Source: Homoserinimonas sp. (GTDB taxonomy: Bacteria > Actinomycetota > Actinomycetes > Actinomycetales > Microbacteriaceae). From it: a stretch of DNA of 64,000 nucleotides. The stretch is from the NCBI GenBank assembly GCA_023957835.1, contig JAMLGP010000001.1, forward strand, positions 115,575 through 179,574. Direction: 5' to 3'. A model generated the notes under the pieces. It saw only the letters and a program-made list of their open reading frames with translations, did no database searches and was not told the origin of the DNA. Below, piece by piece: positions 9,981-19,242 of this stretch. Numbering within the stretch: position 1 is the first letter of the stretch; each line of letters opens with the position of its first letter. The position numbers and the translations under genes are program-made.

Positions 9981-11156
9981 GTGAGTGATTCAGCGCAGAA
10001 CGATACGATCCCGGACGGCACAGCAACCGGCGATGCCCTGCCAGTCCCCATTGACGAAGAATTCAGCGTCGGCGGGATAGACCTGCGAGAACTGCCCAAG
10101 GTCTCGCTGCATGACCATCTGGATGGCGGGCTGAGACCGCAGACGATCGTCGAAATCGCAACGGAGCTCGGCATCGACCTGCCGGCGGACAATGCCGCGG
10201 ATCTTGGAGCCTGGTTCGGAGCCGAAATGGCTAACGGGTCTCTCGTTGAGTACCTCAAGCGCTTTGCGGTCACGATTTCGGTCATGCAGACCAAAGACGG
10301 GCTCGCTCGGGTGGCCAGGGAGTTCGTCGAGGATCTTCATGCCGACGGAGTCATCTACGGGGAAATCCGCTGGGCGCCGGAGCAGCACCTGAGTCGTGGA
10401 CTGAGCCTCGATGAAGCGGTCGAGGCGGTGCAGGGCGGACTCGAAGACGGCATAGCCTCGGTGGCGGCCAAAGGCGGCCGAATCCGAGTCGGGCAGCTGA
10501 TCAGCGCGATGCGACAGAACGACAGAGGACTCGAGATCGCAAAGCTCGCGGTGAGGCATCGCCATCACGGGGCCGTCGGGTTCGACATAGCCGGTCCGGA
10601 AGACGGGTTCCCTGCGGGCCGGATGAAGGACGCGTTCGACTATCTGGCATCCGAATTCTTCCCGGTGACTGTCCATGCCGGAGAGGCAGCAGGACTCGAG
10701 AGCATAAAGGGAGCCGTGCTGGATGGCAGGGCGATCCGACTCGGACACGGGGTTCGAATCGCCGAAGACATTGAAATCGGACCGGTTGAGGGCGGCAGCA
10801 GCATGGTCACGGTTGGGCGGGTTGCCGAGTGGGTAAAGGATCGCGAGATCGCCCTCGAAGTGAGCCCCACCTCGAATATTCAGACCGGAGCATTCGCAGC
10901 CTGGGGGGATCGGATGTCGGATCACCCCTTCGATCTTCTCTACCAGCTCGGCTTCCGCGTCACGGTAAATCCTGACAATCGACTCATGAGCCAGACGAGC
11001 GTGAGCCGGGAACTCGGGCTGCTTGGCGAAGCCTTCGGCTACGACCTGGGTGATCTCGAGATATTCCAGCTCAATGCAGCGGCGGCCAGCTTCCTGCCTC
11101 TTGAGGAGCGGGAAGAACTGGCCGAAGTTATCTCCGCGGCATTCGCGAAGGCCTGA
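9981..11156 (+). CDS. add: adenosine deaminase
   Basis: SLHDHLDGGLRP and TVHAGEAAG metal-binding motifs; 391 aa. Confidence 0.9.
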   Translation: MSDSAQNDTIPDGTATGDALPVPIDEEFSVGGIDLRELPKVSLHDHLDGGLRPQTIVEIATELGIDLPADNAADLGAWFGAEMANGSLVEYLKRFAVTISVMQTKDGLARVAREFVEDLHADGVIYGEIRWAPEQHLSRGLSLDEAVEAVQGGLEDGIASVAAKGGRIRVGQLISAMRQNDRGLEIAKLAVRHRHHGAVGFDIAGPEDGFPAGRMKDAFDYLASEFFPVTVHAGEAAGLESIKGAVLDGRAIRLGHGVRIAEDIEIGPVEGGSSMVTVGRVAEWVKDREIALEVSPTSNIQTGAFAAWGDRMSDHPFDLLYQLGFRVTVNPDNRLMSQTSVSRELGLLGEAFGYDLGDLEIFQLNAAAASFLPLEEREELAEVISAAFAKA

Positions 11157-11174
11157 GGCTAGACCGGAGAGGTG

Positions 11175-11801
11175 CTATTTGCCGGCGAGTCGCAGGTAAA
11201 TCGGGTTGCCCCAGATCGGGTGCAACTCCACGTATCTGCCGGGCCTGGGCGAGTCGAGCATCATTCCGTTTCCGGCATAGAAGGCGATGTGCTGGTGCGG
11301 GTACCAGAGCAGGTCGCCGGGCCGGGCATCCTTTGGATCTATCCTCACGCCGTATCTGGCCTGGGCATCCGCAGTTCTCGGCAGGTAAATTCCGAAGCCT
11401 TTTAGCACGTACTGGGTGAAGCCATCGCAACTGAAGCTCGTAGTAGGGGAGTTGCCGTAACCGTATGGAACGACTCCGACGAACTGCATTCCGTAGGCAA
11501 TGACCGCTTCACCGGAATAAGTCTGCGCAGGGGGGTTGAGGGTCACGAACTTGTTGACCGCATAGGTTACCGTCGCTCGTTTGGTCGCACTGTAACCGTC
11601 TCTGCTGACTGCCAGTTCCGCGCTTAGTACTCCGGTCTCGAAGGTCTGAGTCGAGACTTTCCTGGGGGTCATCTCGGTCGCGGCTAAAAGGCTCGAACTG
11701 TTGTGCGCGTATGCCGGAATGGCCAGCGAAACTACCAGTCCCCCGGATGCGAGAATCACCGCGGCCTTTGCAACCGGCCTGCGGGAACTATTGAAACTCA
11801 A
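11175..11801 (-). CDS. secreted NlpC/P60 (C40) peptidoglycan hydrolase
   Basis: C-terminal C40 domain (SFSCDGFTQYV...HIAFYAGNGMMLDSP). The track ORF extends to 11912, but that N-terminus is non-protein-like. A TTG at 11801 preceded by GGAGAAGGG gives a signal peptide SFNSSRRPVAKAAVILASGGLVVSLAIPAYA. The start is uncertain. Confidence 0.75.
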   Translation of the reverse strand: MSFNSSRRPVAKAAVILASGGLVVSLAIPAYAHNSSSLLAATEMTPRKVSTQTFETGVLSAELAVSRDGYSATKRATVTYAVNKFVTLNPPAQTYSGEAVIAYGMQFVGVVPYGYGNSPTTSFSCDGFTQYVLKGFGIYLPRTADAQARYGVRIDPKDARPGDLLWYPHQHIAFYAGNGMMLDSPRPGRYVELHPIWGNPIYLRLAGK

Positions 11802-11950
11802 ACTCTCAAAACCCTTCTCCACCTGCGGCTTTAGTGCCCGCCCCAGGCAAACCCGCCTTCCATCGTACCCGCGAGGGCTCGGAGGGCGAATCCTGAGAGC
11901 AGTTCCCAGCACTTTCCCAGCGCAACCGAACGTGCGGCAGCGCCGAGGGC

Positions 11951-13249
11951 TCAGCGTCTCATGAGGTCGAATCTTGCAAGCGCATCCGCGTCTCTGGAAA
12001 GGGTTGCTGACCTACGGGCGATGTCCAGGGCGGCGACCGGGTCGGACTCTGCTTCTGCGACTTTCAGGAGCCGGTCTGCTTCGGCCAGGCGGACTCTGGC
12101 CTCTGCGCCTACTCCTCCTCGGCGGGCATTTATGTAATCGGACGTCGCGGCAAGCTGGCTCTTGGCAGAAACCATTGCACCGACCAGGGCGGTTCTTGCT
12201 CCTTCGAGCCTGCGCTGCTGGTTGCGTGCCCCGGCCATGCTGCTGTCGAGGCTCGCATTGGCCTGGCGGAGAGTTTCGAGGGTAGAAAGGGGATCAGAAT
12301 CCTTTGGATCAGTCGCCAAAGCCTGCTCGACCTGCTTCATAGCCTCGGCGATCTGACTGCTGGACGTCGCGTCCGGTGGTGCGTCGCGCAGGGCCTTTGC
12401 CTCTGCAAGGCTCGCTCTCGTCGAGTCGCGCAGGGACCGGACCGTTTTGACCGCCTCTTCCAGCTGTGCATCAAGATGCTCGATTCCGGCAAGGAAATCA
12501 CCCGCCTTGGCCAACTGGCTCCTGGCCGACTGAATCAGCTCCGGAACTGTCTGCAACTGTGAGTCGTCAGATGCCGTCTCGGCGCCGTTTTCCCCGCGAT
12601 CGGCCAGTCGCTTCGCTGCGGCTGCAGCACCCTTCTCTGCCTGCGCAGCGGCCTTTTCTGCGAGTTCCAGATTGTCGGCTACCGAAGCGATTGCCGAATC
12701 TGAAAACTGCAGTTTCAGCTTCTTTGCGGTTTCTTTAGCCGTGCCTGCACGCTTGCGAAACTCCACCAGAGCCTGTTCGACCGACTTGAGGTCTGCGGGA
12801 GCGTCCTGTTCGAGGTTCCTCAATTTGGTGAAGGCCTGAGTCTGCGTCTGGAGTTCTGCCTTCGTCGTTTCGCAAAGGTGGATGATTCGCCCGGTCCAGT
12901 CGTGTCTCTGGATTTCGGTATCCGGGTAGGCATCGTCGAGTTTTTGCTGCAGACCGAATGCTTCGCTAAGGCTCGCTTTGGCGTTGTCGAGCGCTTTTCT
13001 GAAGTCGGCGGTGCGAGCCTCGCCGAACTGGGCGAGGGCGAAGTCGTATTCGCTCTCGGCATCCTTAGTCAGATCGTCAACCTGCACGAGCAGGATGTTT
13101 GCGCGCTTTTGAGGGTCAGAAGCCGTACCGGAGCCGCCAGTTTGCTTGCGCCTGGAAATCATCCAGAAGCCACCGCCGACGATCACGACGAACGTCACGA
13201 ACAGGGCGATGGCCACTGTCCAGGCTGCTGAAGCAAATTGGCCAGTCAT
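11951..13249 (-). CDS. membrane-anchored coiled-coil protein, function unknown
   Basis: One N-terminal TM segment (WTVAIALFVTFVVIVGGGFWMI) followed by about 390 aa of Ala/Glu/Lys/Leu-rich helical sequence. Confidence 0.6.
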   Translation of the reverse strand: MTGQFASAAWTVAIALFVTFVVIVGGGFWMISRRKQTGGSGTASDPQKRANILLVQVDDLTKDAESEYDFALAQFGEARTADFRKALDNAKASLSEAFGLQQKLDDAYPDTEIQRHDWTGRIIHLCETTKAELQTQTQAFTKLRNLEQDAPADLKSVEQALVEFRKRAGTAKETAKKLKLQFSDSAIASVADNLELAEKAAAQAEKGAAAAAKRLADRGENGAETASDDSQLQTVPELIQSARSQLAKAGDFLAGIEHLDAQLEEAVKTVRSLRDSTRASLAEAKALRDAPPDATSSSQIAEAMKQVEQALATDPKDSDPLSTLETLRQANASLDSSMAGARNQQRRLEGARTALVGAMVSAKSQLAATSDYINARRGGVGAEARVRLAEADRLLKVAEAESDPVAALDIARRSATLSRDADALARFDLMRR

Positions 13250-13355
13250 GGGCGCTAGTCTACGGTCGAATCGACCGTTGAATCCCTCGAGCCCAAGCTG
13301 GGAAAATCGGCCTCGCCTCCCCGTATTTCCGGCCTTCTGCGCCTATGGTGGCATC

Positions 13356-16300
13356 GTGTGGAGGGCCGGAAATCACGAAGACGACTTCCTCGGTGAGGCT
13401 GAGGAGTCGCTGCTCGACGCTGTCCAGGTGGAGTCTCAGATCACGGCTCCGCATGTATTGAGCGTTGGAGACCCTCGGTTTACGCCTGTAAATGGAGCCG
13501 ATACTGCGAGAGCCGCGTGGCGGGAGGAGATCGCAGAACTCGGCGGTCCGAGCCCGCTGCTGCATTTTGTCGATGAGCCGGAATCCGGAATTGAACTCGC
13601 GACTACTCACCCCGGCGGACTCGCACAGTTCATTACCGGCAAGAAGACTTTGCTTTCCAGTTTGATCAGAGACGACGCTTCGCTGCGCATCGCCAATCGG
13701 GCAGCCCTCGCGATCTGCCTGAAGGCAGCAGAACTATCCGCGACCAGAGGAATCGATTCCACCCACCTGGCGATCGGAATGGCTCAGTGGGAAATCGGGG
13801 GAGTCTCGTACCGGGCTCCAATCCTGCTTAGACCCCTGGCAATTCGGCGCTACGGTCGAGACTTCGAGTTGCGGCTGCGAGGTGAGGCCCGCCTTAATCC
13901 CGCTTTGTGCAGAGCTCTTGAACAGCACTTCGGAATCGCCCTGGACCCCGCGAGCTTCGCGGCACTTGCCATGCAGGGCGGCGGATTCAAGCCAAATCAG
14001 GTAATCGACCGACTTCGCGAATTGACCGGACACCTGAGTCGTTTCGGCGTCCAGCCGCAACTGGTGGTTTCTTCTTTTGCAGAAGTCGCAACCGAGATGC
14101 TCGAGGACTCCAAGAATCTCGAACACCCGATTCTGGACGCACTGGCAGGAAATCCGAGTGCGAAGTGGGCGGTAGAGGAGTCGCGCAAAGAAGTGACGCT
14201 GACCGACTCGGATCAGCGAGCTCCGGATACCGACAGCCTCCTGCTTGACGCGGACGAAGAGCAGGAAGAGGTGATCGCGAATGTGGTCGCCGGAAACTCG
14301 ATAGCGGTTGAAACCCTGCCGGGTACCGGAGGGACTCAAACCGTCGTCAACGCGATCGGCTCTCTGGTTCGGCAGAACAAACGGGTGCTCGTCGTAAGCC
14401 CGCGAAGGGCGACTCTTAGCGAGGTAGTAAAGAGATTCAGGGCGATCGGGCTGGCCGGCCTTCCGGTCAATCCCGGAGACTTGAGACAGGACCTGATCCG
14501 CGCAATCAGCCGAAGCGAGAAAGCAGTCGGCCCGAGACTTGCCGAAGTAGACGAGGCGCTCGAGAGGCTTCGAAAGGTTTTGCTGGACTACCGCACCGCG
14601 GTTGAGGAGCCAAATCCTGAGATCGGTGCAAGCGTGCTCGACTGCCTGCGCGAGATTTCCAGACTCGCGCTGTTGCCGACTCCGCCTGCCACGAACGCCA
14701 GGCTTGACCGGGATGCGGTGCTGAATCTCGCTGCAGGCCGAGAGTCGGCGGCCGGTGTGTTGCTCCAGGCTGCGGAACTCGGAGAATTCGAGTTCGGTCC
14801 CGGAGACTCTGCCTGGTACGGCGCAAACTTCGATTCAACAGAACACGCGGCGAGAGCTCACGAAATCGCCAGGCAGCTTTATTTCGCAGAACTGCCAAGG
14901 CTCGTGCAGCTTGGGAACGAATTGATGGCCGGGGGTCAGCTAGGCGCCTACAGCACGATCGCCGAACTCGGTTTCAGACTTCGCCTGCTGAACGACCTGA
15001 GGATCACCCTCGACCGGTTCCACCCCTCGGTGTTCGATCGTCCGGTCGATGAGATGATTCTGGCCACCGGGCCGAAGAAGGAAGCCGCAAAGCTATCGAG
15101 TGCGAATCGCAGAAGACTCCGCAAGCTCGCACAGGAATACATCCGCCCTGGCGGTCAGGTTCCGGATCTGCACGAGGCTCTTTGCCAGATCAGAGATCAG
15201 CGGGCGGCCTGGCAGTCGATCGCTCCCGAAGGAGTGCGACCCCAGGTTCCTACGGGCGTAGCCGACCTGCAGGTGGCCTTCCAGCAGGTGGCTCAGGATC
15301 TGAGTTTCCTCGACCTGCCGCTTGGCAACCTGACGCCAGAGTCGAGCCTGCTGAACCTGAATCTGAACGATCTGGCTCTCAGGATGTCCGGGCTGGCGGC
15401 AAACTCCGGAGCCCTGGAAAACCTGCAGGAGCGGACCGCTGTCATTTCCAGCCTTCGTGAACTTGGGCTCGAGCCGTTGCTGGTTGATCTGGCCAATCGA
15501 CGCGTTCCGGCCGGTTCGGTGACTGCAGAACTCGAACTGGCTTGGTGGAGATCGGCACTCGAATTGCTGCTCGAATCCAATAAGGCGCTGCTGGGGGCGG
15601 ACACGAACGTGCTGTCTCGGCTGGAAGCAGACTACCGACTGGTCGACGAGGCTCACGCTTCAGGGAATGCGTCTCTGCTGAGCTGGCAACTGGCAGAGTC
15701 GTGGAGTATCGGGCTGGTCGACTGGCCGGAGGAAGCCGAAGCGCTCAGGGCAATGCTGCGCAGCGGCCAAATTGACTCTGAGCGTCTTCAGGAATCGGCC
15801 CCGCACCTTGCCCGCATCCTCGCCCCCGTCTGGATCGCCAGCACCTACGACGTGCCGTCGATTGCAGACAGCATGAGGTTCGACACGGTAATCCTGCTGG
15901 ATGCCGGAGCAACCACGATCGCCGAGAACGTTCCGGCAATCCGGCGCGGCCGGCAGATTGTCGCCTTCGGAGACCCGGTGGTGCAGTCCCCTTCTTCGTT
16001 CTCAATCGGAATAGCTCACGACCAGCCGGCCGAGCCAACAGAAGCGGAACTCAAGGCTCTGCACGAGAAGTCCGGTCTCGTGCAACTGGGTACCCTGTTA
16101 CCCACGCTCAAACTGACCCGAAGCTACCGGGCGGGTGGCGAGGATCTCGCAGAACTCGTGAATCGACGCTACTACGAGGGAGCGATCGATTCCCTGCCCT
16201 GGGCCGGGAGTTTCCTCGGGCACGCGAGCATCCGGCTGGATCGAGTCGAAGGCGGCACCGGTCTTCCGGATGAAGCTTCCGGTGCGATTGAGAGCGTCGA

Positions 16301-17129
16301 CGCTGAGGTGGATCATGTTGTTGGGCTCGTTCTGGACCACGCGGCCACGAGGCCGAGCGAATCTCTAATGGTCATTACCGCAAGCGCGGTGCACGCGGTT
16401 CGAGTTCAGCAGGCGCTGCTTCTGGCGCTTTCTTCAAGGCCGCAGTTGCAGGAATTCCTGCTCGGGGATCGGGCGGAGCCCTTCGCAGTGTTCACGATTC
16501 AGCAGGCAGAGGCCGAGAGTCGCGACCGGGCGATTTTTTCAATCGGCTATGGTCGTACTCCGCACGGTCGAGTACTAAGCGATCTGGGCGACCTTGGCCG
16601 ACCCGGAGGAGAGCGGGCGCTCGCAGTTGCCATGACGAGAGCAAGGCGCTCGATGGTCATCGTGAGCTGTTTCGAGTCCTCCGATCTGGACCCGGGAAGA
16701 ATGAAGCACGGTTCTCTCGCTCTTGCGGAGCTGCTTCAGGACATCACCGCCAGGCAGCAGCAGGAGGACTTGCAGGAGGACCGCGACCCGATGCTCGTGG
16801 ATCTTGCGGCCAGGTTGCAGCGTAGGGGGCTTCGGACTTCACTCGGACACCGCGGCAAGCTCGGGCTGGTTACGGCTAACGGAGGAATGTGCCTGACCAT
16901 TGAGACGGATGCCGATCTGACGGGTCGTTCGCTGCGAGACTCCCTGCGGCTCGGCCCCGAACGATTCCGCCGCCTCGGCTGGCACTACCTGCGGATTTTC
17001 GCTTTCGAACTGTTCAGCGACCCGGACGGCGTAGCCGACCGGATTGCGTCGACTCTCGGAGTCACTGCTCCCGCACCTCAAGCGCTCGAACCTGTTACCG
17101 AGCCGATTCCGGTGCAGACCGAGAGATAG
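13356..17129 (+). CDS. large SF1 (Upf1-like) helicase-related protein with degenerate ATPase motifs and a C-terminal DUF559/Vsr-like endonuclease-fold region
   Basis: The 1327-aa track ORF overlaps the convergent upstream gene, so the in-frame GTG at 13356 is the more likely start. The P-loop position reads LPGTGGTQT, the Walker B position VILLDAGAT, and motif VI-like ALAVAMTRARRSMVIVS. Confidence 0.7.
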   Translation: MWRAGNHEDDFLGEAEESLLDAVQVESQITAPHVLSVGDPRFTPVNGADTARAAWREEIAELGGPSPLLHFVDEPESGIELATTHPGGLAQFITGKKTLLSSLIRDDASLRIANRAALAICLKAAELSATRGIDSTHLAIGMAQWEIGGVSYRAPILLRPLAIRRYGRDFELRLRGEARLNPALCRALEQHFGIALDPASFAALAMQGGGFKPNQVIDRLRELTGHLSRFGVQPQLVVSSFAEVATEMLEDSKNLEHPILDALAGNPSAKWAVEESRKEVTLTDSDQRAPDTDSLLLDADEEQEEVIANVVAGNSIAVETLPGTGGTQTVVNAIGSLVRQNKRVLVVSPRRATLSEVVKRFRAIGLAGLPVNPGDLRQDLIRAISRSEKAVGPRLAEVDEALERLRKVLLDYRTAVEEPNPEIGASVLDCLREISRLALLPTPPATNARLDRDAVLNLAAGRESAAGVLLQAAELGEFEFGPGDSAWYGANFDSTEHAARAHEIARQLYFAELPRLVQLGNELMAGGQLGAYSTIAELGFRLRLLNDLRITLDRFHPSVFDRPVDEMILATGPKKEAAKLSSANRRRLRKLAQEYIRPGGQVPDLHEALCQIRDQRAAWQSIAPEGVRPQVPTGVADLQVAFQQVAQDLSFLDLPLGNLTPESSLLNLNLNDLALRMSGLAANSGALENLQERTAVISSLRELGLEPLLVDLANRRVPAGSVTAELELAWWRSALELLLESNKALLGADTNVLSRLEADYRLVDEAHASGNASLLSWQLAESWSIGLVDWPEEAEALRAMLRSGQIDSERLQESAPHLARILAPVWIASTYDVPSIADSMRFDTVILLDAGATTIAENVPAIRRGRQIVAFGDPVVQSPSSFSIGIAHDQPAEPTEAELKALHEKSGLVQLGTLLPTLKLTRSYRAGGEDLAELVNRRYYEGAIDSLPWAGSFLGHASIRLDRVEGGTGLPDEASGAIESVDAEVDHVVGLVLDHAATRPSESLMVITASAVHAVRVQQALLLALSSRPQLQEFLLGDRAEPFAVFTIQQAEAESRDRAIFSIGYGRTPHGRVLSDLGDLGRPGGERALAVAMTRARRSMVIVSCFESSDLDPGRMKHGSLALAELLQDITARQQQEDLQEDRDPMLVDLAARLQRRGLRTSLGHRGKLGLVTANGGMCLTIETDADLTGRSLRDSLRLGPERFRRLGWHYLRIFAFELFSDPDGVADRIASTLGVTAPAPQALEPVTEPIPVQTER

Positions 17130-17131
17130 TT

Positions 17132-17311
17132 TTGGCTCGCAAGTTATCCGAAGATTCGGAAGAGCCGCGAAAGCGGCGCAGGCGGCATCGACGAGTTAAG
17201 ACCGAGGCCGCGCCGGGTTCAGACCCGACTCCCGGTCAGCCGGGGCCGAGGTTGTCAGAGGTCGAAAACGACGATCGGCTGAAAGCAGACAAGCCGCCGC
17301 ACTGGGGCTAG
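17132..17311 (+). CDS. possible small basic protein (59 aa), below the track's length cut-off
   Basis: TTG start 2 nt after the helicase-like gene's stop, and an open frame ending in ...ENDDRLKADKPPHWG. No homology check was possible. Confidence 0.3.
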   Translation: MARKLSEDSEEPRKRRRRHRRVKTEAAPGSDPTPGQPGPRLSEVENDDRLKADKPPHWG

Positions 17312-17330
17312 GTTTCGAACGGCCCGGGAG

Positions 17331-17708
17331 TCAGGAAGCCGCCTTTGAGGGGGCTGCCGCGGATTCGGAGGTCTTCTTCGAGCTTGTCTTTTCTGGCGAC
17401 TTCCCGGAACCGCCGGAGGATTCGCTCTTCGCCTTGCCCGAGTCCGAACTGCCTGACGATGCCCCGCTACCGGAGTCCGAGTGAGAGTGCGAGTGCGACT
17501 CGGCCTTTGCTCCAGACTTCGACTCTGAACTTGCCCTCGAGTCGGTTCGGTAGAAGCCCGGGCCGTTGAAGGAGATTCCGACCGGGCTGAAAACCTTGCG
17601 CAGCACGCCGCCGCAATCTGGGCAAACGGTCAGGCTCGCATCCGTGAACTCCTGGTGGATGTCGAAGGCGTGGCCGCACTCGGTACAGCGATATGAATAG
17701 GTGGGCAA
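17331..17708 (-). CDS. FmdB-family zinc-ribbon protein with a disordered Ser/Gly-rich tail (Rv0991c/Ruc-like)
   Basis: N-terminus MPTYSYRCTECGH...CPDCGG. The C-terminal half is low complexity (HSHSHSDSGSGASSGSS). It is syntenic with the cyclo-ligase and galU. Confidence 0.85.
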   Translation of the reverse strand: MPTYSYRCTECGHAFDIHQEFTDASLTVCPDCGGVLRKVFSPVGISFNGPGFYRTDSRASSESKSGAKAESHSHSHSDSGSGASSGSSDSGKAKSESSGGSGKSPEKTSSKKTSESAAAPSKAAS

Positions 17709-17717
17709 ATTGTTTCC

Positions 17718-18305
17718 TCAGTTTGTCAACGGGAGCGCGGTGATTGCGCTCGGCGTGACCACTCCGTTGACCTTCTTGTCGTGCAACTCGGTCGGGACCG
17801 ACTCGACGAGTTCATTGTCGAAAACCACAGCATAAACCGGTGGGCAGCGTTCCATCGAACCGAGAGTGCGGTCGAAGTACCCTCGCCCCCAGCCCATTCG
17901 CATTCCGGTCTTGTCTACGGCCGCTGCCGGAGCGATGATCAGGTCGACGTCGTTGATTGCGATCGGGCCGAGCAATTCGCCGACCGGTTCGGGCATCCCG
18001 TGCAGTCCCTGCTGTTCTCCGTCAGTTGAGACCGCCCAGTCGAGCAGGCCGTCATCCCTGCTCACCGGGAGCAGCACCCGAATGTTTTGGTCCTCCGCCC
18101 AGTCGAGAAACGGTCGGATGTTCGGCTCGTCCTGAGCGGGCAGATAGGCGGCGAGGCTCGTGACCCGCAGGTCGCTTGCGAGGTTCACGAGATTCTCAGT
18201 GAATCCAGCCGTTGCGTTTTCGCGCTCGGAGGAAGTCAGATTGTGGCGCCGCCTTCTAAGTTCAGCGCGAAGTGCGCGCTTCTGAAGGCTTTCGTCGCCG
18301 CTCAT
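17718..18305 (-). CDS. 5-formyltetrahydrofolate cyclo-ligase
   Basis: 195 aa with the C-terminal motif GMRMGWGRGYFDR. Confidence 0.85.
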   Translation of the reverse strand: MSGDESLQKRALRAELRRRRHNLTSSERENATAGFTENLVNLASDLRVTSLAAYLPAQDEPNIRPFLDWAEDQNIRVLLPVSRDDGLLDWAVSTDGEQQGLHGMPEPVGELLGPIAINDVDLIIAPAAAVDKTGMRMGWGRGYFDRTLGSMERCPPVYAVVFDNELVESVPTELHDKKVNGVVTPSAITALPLTN

Positions 18306-18344
18306 GGTTCAAGTTTACTAAGCCGAGGCAGGTAACCTTGGCGC

Positions 18345-19238
18345 ATGGCAACTGTAGTGACCAAGGCGGTCATTCCTGCGGCAGGGCTCGGGACCAGATT
18401 CCTGCCGGCGACCAAGGCGATGCCCAAAGAAATGCTTCCCGTCGTTGACAAGCCGGCCATCCAGTACGTGGTTGAGGAAGCGGTAGCTGCCGGGCTGATT
18501 GACGTGCTCATGATCACCGGCCGAAACAAGAGCGCTCTGGAAAACCACTTCGATCGAGTCGGCGAACTCGAAGAGGCCCTTCAGCGTCGAGGCGATATCG
18601 ATCGGCTCAACAAAGTCACCTACTCTTCGGATCTCGCCGAGGTTCACTATTTGCGGCAGGGCGATCCCCTGGGCCTTGGCCACGCAGTACTTCAGGCGAA
18701 GATGCACGTAGGAGATCAGCCGTTCGCTGTACTGCTAGGCGATGACCTGATCGACGAGCGCGATCCGCTGCTGCGCACAATGCTCAAGGTGCAGTCGGAA
18801 AAGAACGCGACCGTCATTGCGCTGCAGGAAGTCGACCCGGACCACGCCCACCTGTACGGGATCGCGACGGTCGAACCCACCGACAGGGAAGACGTGGTTC
18901 GAGTCACCGGGCTGGTTGAAAAACCTGAAGCGGGAACAGAGCCCTCAAACCTTGCAATTATCGGCAGATACGTATTGCGACCGGAAGTCTTCGAGGTGCT
19001 CGAAGCGACGCGTCCCGGCCAGGGCGGGGAAATACAGCTCACCGATGCGCTCCAGACTCTGGCCGCCGATTCGGAACTTGCAGGCGGAGTATACGGAGTA
19101 ATTTTCCGCGGCAGGCGCTATGACACCGGTGATCGACTCGACTACATTAAGGCGATCGTGCAGCTCGCGGTAGAGCGCGAGGACCTCGGCCCCGAGCTTC
19201 GCCCCTGGCTGCGCGAGTTCTCGGCTGGACTGGACTGA
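18345..19238 (+). CDS. galU: UTP--glucose-1-phosphate uridylyltransferase
   Basis: KAVIPAAGLGTRFLPATKAMPKEMLPVVDKP signature; 297 aa. Confidence 0.92.
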   Translation: MATVVTKAVIPAAGLGTRFLPATKAMPKEMLPVVDKPAIQYVVEEAVAAGLIDVLMITGRNKSALENHFDRVGELEEALQRRGDIDRLNKVTYSSDLAEVHYLRQGDPLGLGHAVLQAKMHVGDQPFAVLLGDDLIDERDPLLRTMLKVQSEKNATVIALQEVDPDHAHLYGIATVEPTDREDVVRVTGLVEKPEAGTEPSNLAIIGRYVLRPEVFEVLEATRPGQGGEIQLTDALQTLAADSELAGGVYGVIFRGRRYDTGDRLDYIKAIVQLAVEREDLGPELRPWLREFSAGLD

Positions 19239-19242
19239 AACT

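Noticed and set aside
13146-13355. Upstream extension of the helicase-like ORF to 13146
   Set aside because: It would overlap the convergent 11951..13249 gene by ~100 nt and encodes non-protein-like sequence. The in-frame GTG at 13356 is preferred, though the true start is unverified.
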